From UHGV virus genome UHGV-1374671: a DNA stretch of 64,000 bases; one strand, given 5' to 3'. Positions 57,455-64,000 of this stretch are shown piece by piece (within the stretch, counting starts at the first letter, position 1; every line of letters starts with the position of its first letter). Below the pieces are notes generated by a model that saw nothing but the letters and a program-made list of their open reading frames with translations, was not told where the DNA came from and ran no database searches. Source of the DNA: a virus. Both the position numbers and the translations under genes were made by a program.

Positions 57455-57475
57455 TTTTATACTAGTAGTATAAAA
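57455..57475. promoter_or_regulatory. Palindrome ttttatacta-g-tagtataaaa ending exactly at the A of the ATG of gene 57475 (no SD)
   Basis: Read directly. Confidence 0.5.
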
Positions 57476-57912
57476 TGGAAAACCACAAGGACCTCCTGGA
57501 GCCCATGCTGGAGACGCACTTCAGCAGGGTTCAGCACAGCTGGGCAGCCTCCAATCGGCTGCAGCTCCAGTATCCGACTACCAGACCGACCATCAGGAAA
57601 GCCTGCTTGCCGATGGTACATACGTACCTGATGCCGGAGTACGGCTTCAACCAATGGAAGTCCCGCATGGAGTCCCACAGAATCAACCTCACAGGGACCT
57701 TCATGACGTTCTGGGATTTCGCCTCGGAACCCTGGTATACCTGGTACGGGAACAAGCGTAATTCCTGTCCGGTGACTCTTTCCGTCGTGCTCCAGAAGCA
57801 GTTGGATGAGCTCGACGTCGAGCTCGTTCGTACTGCAATCGGAGCTCAGTTCAATATCCTTGCAGCGGCTTTCTTCAGGGCCAAATTGCTGCAGGAACCG
57901 AGTTGTAATTGA
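57475..57912 (+). CDS. Hypothetical protein (apparently leaderless or SD-less start)
   Basis: 145-aa ORF. Confidence 0.45.
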   Translation: MENHKDLLEPMLETHFSRVQHSWAASNRLQLQYPTTRPTIRKACLPMVHTYLMPEYGFNQWKSRMESHRINLTGTFMTFWDFASEPWYTWYGNKRNSCPVTLSVVLQKQLDELDVELVRTAIGAQFNILAAAFFRAKLLQEPSCN

Positions 57913-57917
57913 GACTT

Positions 57918-57999
57918 CATTTTATAACGGAACATATCTCTGGAGGTAACACCCCCTATAGGGGGTGTTACCGTAAGAGAGATATGTTCCTATAAAATG
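57918..57999. repeat. 82-bp nested imperfect palindrome (outer ttttataa/ttataaaa, 13-bp ggaacatatctct/agagatatgttcc, inner perfect 28-bp ggtaacaccccctatagggggtgttacc)
   Basis: Read directly; centre at 57958/57959. Asymmetric internal loop (ggag versus cgtaag). Confidence 0.7.
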
Positions 58000-58019
58000 G
58001 GTCCAAAAAAGGAGATATT

Positions 58020-58274
58020 ATGAAATCCCATAGAGACAAGTTGATGGCACTCCACGTGGTGGCGGCAATCGTCTGGGTGGTCAGTTTGCTTATACTGCTC
58101 TGCCACCCGTTCGTCCTTCGGGAGCTGCCCTGGCATCCCGACAATCCGCTGTACTGGATGTTCGTCGTCCTGACGGGTATCATGTTCGCGGGACTGCCCG
58201 TGTTCTGTCTCACCACAGTCACGGCCGGGTATATCCTTGCGTTGGTGGGCTTCATCAGGAGGGCCTGGAAATGA
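58020..58274 (+). CDS. Small membrane protein
   Basis: GGAG RBS; two hydrophobic segments. Confidence 0.45.
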   Translation: MKSHRDKLMALHVVAAIVWVVSLLILLCHPFVLRELPWHPDNPLYWMFVVLTGIMFAGLPVFCLTTVTAGYILALVGFIRRAWK

Positions 58275-58453
58275 CCAGGTTCTTCCTTCTTCTGTGCTGG
58301 GTGCTGGCCAATTTGTGGCTGCTCCTGATTTTGGTACTGTTCCGAGGGCATGTGCCCAGCGATGTTTCCTTGTACACGACCATTGTCAGTGGGCTCAGCA
58401 TCTTCGCTGCGCTGTGGTTGTTGCATAAAGAAATCAAAAAGATGTTCAAATAA
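58271..58453 (+). CDS. Small membrane protein
   Basis: 60-aa hydrophobic ORF; its start overlaps the preceding stop. Confidence 0.4.
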   Translation: MTRFFLLLCWVLANLWLLLILVLFRGHVPSDVSLYTTIVSGLSIFAALWLLHKEIKKMFK

Positions 58454-58466
58454 GGAGGACACCCCT

Positions 58467-59138
58467 ATGAACGCAAGAGTTTATGCTTACGTATCCAGTC
58501 TTGTCACCATGATCGAGGTCTGGAAATCTGAAGCGAACACCGAAGGTCTCGCTGACATCCAGATCCGCATCGACGACAGCAAGGTCACCTTTCCGGAGAT
58601 CGACGGGGCGCCTGACGTCTTCATCGGCAAGGTGGGCAACACGTCAGTCACGGCCATTGCGTATATGCTGGCCGGAGAGCTGCTGTCCAGGGGCTGCACG
58701 CTTCAGTACACGGTTGCTAACGGCAACCTGGGACTGAAGTTCCCTGAGCACAACCCGATGTACGACAACATGGAGTACACGGGCGCCACTGTGCAGCATG
58801 ACTTCAAGGAATCCGCAGTCGAGGAAGCAGTGCGCATGCTGATTGAAGATATGAAGGCAGCCGGCCCTGAGGCGTATGACGTGTACCTGATCCCCTATCT
58901 GCAGGCCACCAAGCGGTGTGCCTTGTGCTGCAAGCGCAAGGACGAACTCTCCCTGGCCAGCTGGCATGGGATCAACATGGCAACGCATACGCAGTGCAAG
59001 ACGGCACTGCAGGACATTCTCTGGGAGTTCCTGAGACTGGGCTACACAGTGCAGCGCATCCACGGCAGCGCTCCGGACTGCATTCTCAAGCACGTATCAG
59101 GAGCGTACTTCCAGCTCAACTACAACAACAACAAGTAA
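58467..59138 (+). CDS. Hypothetical protein
   Basis: ATG 58467 follows an AAGGAGG RBS. Confidence 0.45.
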   Translation: MNARVYAYVSSLVTMIEVWKSEANTEGLADIQIRIDDSKVTFPEIDGAPDVFIGKVGNTSVTAIAYMLAGELLSRGCTLQYTVANGNLGLKFPEHNPMYDNMEYTGATVQHDFKESAVEEAVRMLIEDMKAAGPEAYDVYLIPYLQATKRCALCCKRKDELSLASWHGINMATHTQCKTALQDILWEFLRLGYTVQRIHGSAPDCILKHVSGAYFQLNYNNNK

Positions 59139-59159
59139 CTGACACGAAGGTTTCTACAC

Positions 59160-59852
59160 ATGGAGGATGACATGAAGAACAAGCAAGTGGAAGAGACCGT
59201 GTCCACCACGGTCAATATTATCGACAGCTTCCTGTCGACAAGGAAGCCGAATCTGCTCAAGGGCAACATCAGGGTCCGCTTTCCGAAGGAACCCTACGAG
59301 GTGCCCTTGATAGAGCTGCTGGACAACGACGGCAACGTCAGCGGCTACCATATGATGGTCGGCATTACTGGAGTGTCCGGTGACGCGCTGTACCATCAGC
59401 TGGTGGCCACGCTGTACCTGGAAGGGTACGGCAAGACCGGGTGCGAAGATGGAGTGCTGTCCATGTGCATGCCCATTCAGTCCAGTGAGCCAGACACTGC
59501 TCCTGGGAAGCCCCACGGCACCCTGCTGCACGACGCAGTGGAGCTCAGAGACCGTGTCATGGACACGGCAAGGATGTCACAGTTGTCGGACAGCTGCCTG
59601 TACCTGATCTGGTACGACAACAATGCCTACCAGCCCCGGATCGTCGCAGTGGCCGAAGGTTCGATTGTCTATGCCGAGGACATCACCGACAGTCCCTGGT
59701 ACACAGCCAGCGAGATTGCCTGGATGATTGCGGCTTCCATTGTAGGCAGTGGAGGCAAGTACAGAATCGAGAAGCAGTCCACTGACTGCAGACGGTTCGA
59801 CGTGCCGAAGGGCAGCATTTACAGCGTGTTCCAGATCACCAGGAACCAATAG
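59160..59852 (+). CDS. Hypothetical protein
   Basis: 230-aa ORF. Confidence 0.45.
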   Translation: MEDDMKNKQVEETVSTTVNIIDSFLSTRKPNLLKGNIRVRFPKEPYEVPLIELLDNDGNVSGYHMMVGITGVSGDALYHQLVATLYLEGYGKTGCEDGVLSMCMPIQSSEPDTAPGKPHGTLLHDAVELRDRVMDTARMSQLSDSCLYLIWYDNNAYQPRIVAVAEGSIVYAEDITDSPWYTASEIAWMIAASIVGSGGKYRIEKQSTDCRRFDVPKGSIYSVFQITRNQ

Positions 59853-60028
59853 ACACATATCGAGCACGTTGATACGAAGCTCCGTGTATATCTGGTAGAT
59901 ATACACGGAGCTTCGGTTTGTGCTTAATAAGCCCATTTTTTAGGGCAGAATAAGATGGGTGTAAACACCCGAAACTAAAAACAAACACGGGGCCCCTGGT
60001 GGGCCCCAGTCAAGCAAGGAGGTATAAC

Positions 60029-60433
60029 ATGTTTGACAAAGAGTATTCCCAGAAGAAAGCCCAGCAGTTCGTAAACGCCCTTTTCCAAGAAGTTCCGGAG
60101 CACCGGCGTGAGGCGGTGGAGAAGACCCTGTACGGGATTCTCCGCCGTACCGAAACCTGCAGGAACATCATTGCAAAGATGGACCAGGACGCAGATGTGA
60201 CTCGCGTCCTGAAGAACATGGTGCGCAGCTTGCAGTCCTTGTTGCAGGAGACTGACAACGCCACCCTCCGCACGTTCCTGTTCACCTGCCCGAAACGGCA
60301 GGACAGGGCGCTGCAGGAGATCTCGGCCAGGCTCTCCACGCTGGAGTGGATCTGCCGGGAGATCCGCAGGCAGAGACAGGAACGCATCCAGCGGTACTTC
60401 ACCCGGCTGGACAACGAGGCCCGCCATGAGTAA
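60029..60433 (+). CDS. Hypothetical protein
   Basis: ATG 60029 follows an AAGGAGG RBS. Confidence 0.45.
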   Translation: MFDKEYSQKKAQQFVNALFQEVPEHRREAVEKTLYGILRRTETCRNIIAKMDQDADVTRVLKNMVRSLQSLLQETDNATLRTFLFTCPKRQDRALQEISARLSTLEWICREIRRQRQERIQRYFTRLDNEARHE

Positions 60434-60785
60434 CCCGACCTGGGTACCGTGCAGTATCGTGCTCCTGGTCGATCCCTGGGGCACGAACTACAGACCGTCC
60501 ACGGCTTACCGGATGGCGCGTCGGTACATCAACAAGACCGACATGCTGTTCCGTCAGGCGAAGCAGATCAGGGCTTCCTGGCTGCACTTCACCCAGACGG
60601 TGCACCGGGCCACCTGCATCAGCTACGCGTCCAGAATCCGTGAGTTCACCAACTGGGCGTACGAGCTGCTGGAGCCGTATCCGCACTGTAATGGAGTAGT
60701 GAGACTGTACCTGGATACGAACCTTGTGTATGACATCCAGGTAAAGAACGGGTCTCTATTGGAACCGATCAGAAAAGGAGTATAA
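60426..60785 (+). CDS. Hypothetical protein
   Basis: 119-aa ORF. Confidence 0.4.
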   Translation: MSNPTWVPCSIVLLVDPWGTNYRPSTAYRMARRYINKTDMLFRQAKQIRASWLHFTQTVHRATCISYASRIREFTNWAYELLEPYPHCNGVVRLYLDTNLVYDIQVKNGSLLEPIRKGV

Positions 60786-60787
60786 CT

Positions 60788-61267
60788 ATGAAGATCGATA
60801 ACAAACTGGTCCAGCTGTCAGGCCGTCTCATCATACCTGCCAGTGGGCCGCTCGACAATGAGCAGCGGCGTCAGCTGTACTCAGCCTATTACAGGTTGTG
60901 GGCGCTGTTCCTGTTGCAGGTCCCGAAGTCCACCAGCTTCTACAAGCTGGAGCAGCTCTTTGATTGCTGCAAGCTGGTGGCTCCGCATGAAGGCTTCGAC
61001 ATTGACGTTCGTCTCTCAGGGTACGCTGACAAGCAGCTGGTCATCAAGTGGCACGAGCTGCTGGTGCACGAACTCGGCATACACGGAAGCTGTGACATGA
61101 TTCCGGTATGTTATGTGGAACCGGGTGAAACCGTGGATCCGGACTTCAAGGTGCAGATGACCGTTTTAGGTAGTCTGTGCGGCAGTCATCAGGTGCAGGT
61201 GCGGTACTACAATGTGCCGCCCGCAATCATAATCAAGCAAAACAAAGGAGGTATACCCAATGCTTGA
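60788..61267 (+). CDS. Hypothetical protein
   Basis: 159-aa ORF. Confidence 0.4.
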   Translation: MKIDNKLVQLSGRLIIPASGPLDNEQRRQLYSAYYRLWALFLLQVPKSTSFYKLEQLFDCCKLVAPHEGFDIDVRLSGYADKQLVIKWHELLVHELGIHGSCDMIPVCYVEPGETVDPDFKVQMTVLGSLCGSHQVQVRYYNVPPAIIIKQNKGGIPNA

Positions 61268-61601
61268 CCCGTGGTTTGTATCTTTCGCCCAGTGGAGCCT
61301 GATCATCCTGGTCGGGCTCTTTTTCGTTCTCGGCTTTCTCATCCTGCTGTTGCAGGCATGGGCGAAGCTGCAACCGCACGTGCAGTTCCTGGTGTTTCAC
61401 AGCACCAAGGACCTGCATGTGTGTCCTCGGTGCAGGGCTCGGATCTACGTGATGAAGATCCCGCCCATGCTGTATCTGTCGTCAGGTGCGGCGGAAGCAG
61501 GCGGTTTCGCCGTAGCCTGCGAATGCACCAAAGGCCATCTCCGCAGAACGGAGAAGGCTGCATACATCGATTACATAACCCAGTATAAAGAGGAGAATTG
61601 A
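61260..61601 (+). CDS. Hypothetical membrane protein with C-terminal Cys cluster
   Basis: Hydrophobic N-terminus; CPRC...C motif. Confidence 0.4.
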   Translation: MLDPWFVSFAQWSLIILVGLFFVLGFLILLLQAWAKLQPHVQFLVFHSTKDLHVCPRCRARIYVMKIPPMLYLSSGAAEAGGFAVACECTKGHLRRTEKAAYIDYITQYKEEN

Positions 61602-61603
61602 AA

Positions 61604-62074
61604 ATGACCTGGAGAGAATTCATTCAGCAGGGCGACCACAATCTTGCTGTTGCCATTATCACTATGGGTCCCGCGATCGATCGCATCATGGGACCTGTAA
61701 CGGCATGGCAGTTGAAACATGCCTGCATAAAGCAGGGCGAGCCGAAAGGCCTGTCCGACGTCATGGAGAAGCTCGACAAGGCACACGAACAGATCAAGAC
61801 GGACGAGGGCATCTGCGCCACGTTGGCGCATGCTGCGCTGCACATGGACTGGTTTCTGGACCAGGAGCTGTCCGAGGAGGATCTCCAGCACGCGAATGAC
61901 GTGCTGGCCAAGTACAACGCTCATCCTCATCTGGACGAAGGAGACCAGAACGATCCGGATATCGAATATCCGAATTTGTTCCGGGTCAAGCCCGAGGACG
62001 ATTCCTCAGACGACGACGTCGTAGATCCGTCCCTTGCCGAGCTGTTCGGCAATCATGGCAAGATTGACGACTGA
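61604..62074 (+). CDS. Hypothetical acidic protein
   Basis: ATG 61604 follows a GAGGAGA RBS. Confidence 0.4.
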   Translation: MTWREFIQQGDHNLAVAIITMGPAIDRIMGPVTAWQLKHACIKQGEPKGLSDVMEKLDKAHEQIKTDEGICATLAHAALHMDWFLDQELSEEDLQHANDVLAKYNAHPHLDEGDQNDPDIEYPNLFRVKPEDDSSDDDVVDPSLAELFGNHGKIDD

Positions 62075-62090
62075 GAGGTGCAACATGAGC

Positions 62091-62552
62091 GTACTTGAGA
62101 TAATCGCACTCGTGTTTATGTTCCTGGCCGGGTTCTTCCGGCTGGGTTTCATGACTCTGGGACGTAAGCCGGAAAACCGGAAAGCGTCCATCGCATACGC
62201 CGGGATCTCCAACGGGTGCGCCATTGTGGTTGCCTCGTTGTGGATCTACATGATCCTGGACATGGGGCGCCTGGCCGTCGTACAGGACCACTGGTTCTCT
62301 CTTATTGCAGTTCCAGTGTATCTGGTTCTGTACGTGGTATGGGCGTTCTGCCTGACAGCCGTCCACGCTGCCGCCCTGGAGGACAAGGTGCTGGACCTGA
62401 AACCCAGGCTGGAGTTCACCGAGTCCGTACTTAATAAACGCAACCAGCATGTTACCTGGCTGGAGAAACGCAATGCTGATCTCCAGGACCAGGTCCACAT
62501 CTACCGGGAGGTCCTGGAGAACAAAGCCAAGAATAGGAGAAAGAAGAAATGA
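62091..62552 (+). CDS. Membrane protein with C-terminal coiled coil (possible lysis-associated)
   Basis: Several TM-like segments followed by LEDKVLDLKPRLEF...LQDQVHIYREVLENKAKNRRKKK. Confidence 0.35.
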   Translation, partial: VLEIIALVFMFLAGFFRLGFMTLGRKPENRKASIAYAGISNGCAIVVASLWIYMILDMGRLAVVQDHWFSLIAVPVYLVLYVVWAFCLTAVHAAALEDKVLDLKPRLEFTESVLNKRNQHVTWLEKRNADLQDQVHIYREVLENKAKNRRKKK

Positions 62553-62845
62553 GCACTTCACTGCTGTGTATAATGGGGCTCTGCGTTGCAGGGCTGGGAG
62601 TCCTGGCCGGCTATAAAGAGCATTGCCGCAAGGACGAGCTCAAGTCCATGTACTGCGAGTGCTGGCAGGCGCTGCTGGCTACGCTGATGCTTCTGTGCAT
62701 CGCGGTAAACCAGCTGCTCATCGAGCTCCCTCAGGGAGAGGGCTCTGTGTTTCTCGGCATCGCAGCGCCAATCACTGCTGCAATATCACTGACAGCTGCA
62801 ATCAAGCTGTTTAAGGAAATCACCAAGCTCAAAGAGCGCTGCTGA
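62549..62845 (+). CDS. Small membrane protein (holin-like size and topology)
   Basis: 98 aa; 2-3 TM segments and a charged C-terminus. Confidence 0.35.
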   Translation: MSTSLLCIMGLCVAGLGVLAGYKEHCRKDELKSMYCECWQALLATLMLLCIAVNQLLIELPQGEGSVFLGIAAPITAAISLTAAIKLFKEITKLKERC

Positions 62846-62855
62846 TCTCCGGTAC

Positions 62856-62886
62856 GGGGCCCGCAAGGGCCCTGTTTTCTTTTTTA
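62856..62886 (+). terminator. Intrinsic terminator (gggccc-gcaa-gggccc + TGTTTTCTTTTTT)
   Basis: Read directly. Confidence 0.6.
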
Positions 62887-62926
62887 CTGTGCACTTGATG
62901 CTGGCGCTATATAAAGGAGGCATATT

Positions 62927-63832
62927 ATGAACAGCAAACGTAAGCGAGTTCTAATTATCTGTGGCGGAGGAATATTCGGCTGTCTGCCAGCCCACTTCCT
63001 CAGTATGCTCCCACCGGACCAGCAGAATCTGGACAAGGTGGACATGTTGTCAGGATGCTCGATCGGGGCCATACTGGTGGCCGCTTATGCGGCTGGGAGA
63101 AGTTTCACCGAGGTCGACGAGCAGTTCCAGAAAAGGGCCGCCGATTGTTTCGACAAGCGCTTTATGGCCCGTATCAGTCCGCTGGCCTGTCCCACTTACG
63201 ACTCGGACAGCCTGGACGAAGTGCTCAGGGACATGATCGGGGACGAGCTCATCAGGGACGTTCGTGACCGTTATCCGTATCTGGACATCCTGATGCCGGC
63301 GCTGAACTTGACCGACGACTCCTACAAGGTCTACGACAACATCACACCGCAGGACGGCAACATCTTCCTCAGGGACGCGGCAGCGGACTCGGCTGCAGCA
63401 CCCAGTTACTACAAGGGGCGTGACCGGAACGGCAAGTGCATGGTGGACGGAGGCCTGATCGAGGTGGCCCCGCTGCTGACCACGACCACGGCACTGAAAG
63501 CGAAGCGCGGAGTCGAGTTCTGTGACATGGACGTGCTGATGCTTGGCACTGGACGGGATGTGGACGACACTCCGATGACTACGAAGCGGTACAATGGACT
63601 GACCCTGTTGGGACTGGCCACGGACGTGATCGTGCCCTATGTCACGCTGTCCAACGAGATGGCCACCAGGTACTGGGGAAAGAACATCGGGTACCACTCG
63701 TTTAACTACTTCAATCCGTGCGTCACCAACGGGGAGCTGGACGACGTCAGCAAGATACCCGGCATGATTGAGCAGGCGGAGCAGTACCGCCAGGAGTTCC
63801 TGGCTGCCTGGGACGCCTGGATGAACGCCTGA
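62927..63832 (+). CDS. Patatin-like phospholipase
   Basis: CGGGIFG oxyanion motif, GxSxG (SGCSIG) and DGG (MVDGGL) catalytic motifs. AAGGAGG RBS. Confidence 0.7.
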   Translation: MNSKRKRVLIICGGGIFGCLPAHFLSMLPPDQQNLDKVDMLSGCSIGAILVAAYAAGRSFTEVDEQFQKRAADCFDKRFMARISPLACPTYDSDSLDEVLRDMIGDELIRDVRDRYPYLDILMPALNLTDDSYKVYDNITPQDGNIFLRDAAADSAAAPSYYKGRDRNGKCMVDGGLIEVAPLLTTTTALKAKRGVEFCDMDVLMLGTGRDVDDTPMTTKRYNGLTLLGLATDVIVPYVTLSNEMATRYWGKNIGYHSFNYFNPCVTNGELDDVSKIPGMIEQAEQYRQEFLAAWDAWMNA

Positions 63833-63854
63833 TTTTATACTTCGAGTATAAAAA
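63833..63854. promoter_or_regulatory. Palindrome ttttatact-tcg-agtataaaaa (family motif)
   Basis: Read directly, immediately after the patatin stop. Confidence 0.45.
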
Positions 63855-63891
63855 GACCCGCAAGGCAACACACCCTGCGGGTCTTCTCTTT
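63855..63891. terminator. Intrinsic terminator (gacccgca..tgcgggtc + TTCTCTTTGT), between convergent genes
   Basis: Read directly. Confidence 0.55.
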
Positions 63892-63900
63892 GTACCTGAC

Positions 63901-64000
63901 TCAGTCCGTCAGGTCACTGAACCAGGACTGCTGAGGCACGTCTTCCGGATTGCGCTTGGCGCGCTCCAGCGCCACGTTCATTTTCTTGCCGGAAGCCCAG
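63901..64000 (-). CDS. 3' end of a minus-strand gene (partial, continues beyond the window)
   Basis: Reverse-complement frame reads ...WASGKKMNVALERAKRNPEDVPQQSWFSDLTD, with stop tca at 63901-63903. High GC3. Confidence 0.35.
   Translation of the reverse strand, partial: WASGKKMNVALERAKRNPEDVPQQSWFSDLTD

Noticed and set aside
57996-58019. Tiny ORF ATG GGT CCA AAA AAG GAG ATA TTA TGA inside the big palindrome
   Set aside because: 8 codons with no RBS. The real downstream gene starts at ATG 58020 after GGAG.

Overview
This 64-kb window reads as a segment of a large, moderately GC-rich (~55-58%) virulent-type phage genome, with no host-like genes. Almost every gene is on the + strand; many adjacent genes overlap at their start/stop codons. 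It covers the replication, recombination and nucleotide-metabolism region plus accessory genes. No virion structural genes were recognised.

Supported calls:
- Recombination and replication: Mre11/SbcD-like and Rad50/SbcC-like nucleases, an SF2 DECH helicase, a DnaB-like helicase, a DnaG-like primase, a family-A DNA polymerase with proofreading exonuclease domain, an SSB-like protein, a RecA/UvsX-like recombinase, NAD-dependent ligase, RusA resolvase and RNase H.
- Nucleotide metabolism and other enzymes: ThyX, dUTPase, a thioredoxin-like protein, an HD hydrolase, a NADAR domain protein, a radical-SAM protein, an AAA ATPase, a PD-(D/E)xK protein, and a patatin-like phospholipase.
- Regulation: a sigma-70-family factor encoded on the minus strand.
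- Introns: at least three related group I introns interrupt essential genes, one in the helicase and two in the polymerase. The first polymerase intron carries an IS605-type TnpB gene, an IStron-like arrangement.

The most unusual content:
- Ubiquitin-like conjugation module (24973-29393): E2-like, small protein, JAB/JAMM peptidase, E1-like, a ubiquitin-like protein, then a protein with two internal GG-ending beta-grasp units, all phage-encoded and overlapping.
- Retron-like reverse transcriptase (22082-23035): it follows a ~480-nt gene-free stretch containing a 14-nt inverted repeat, and sits between a catalytically degenerate DnaQ-like gene and the ligase.
- Recurring AT-rich palindromes of the form TTTT[A/C]TAC-N-GTA[T/G]AAAA, and TATAAAAT elements upstream of genes.
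- An 82-bp nested palindrome at 57918-57999.
- A gene-free 1.3-kb left end with GC-rich palindromes, a ~290-bp tandem duplication and three iterons.

Custom coordinates (intron borders, motif positions) were read by eye and may be off by 1-2 nt.
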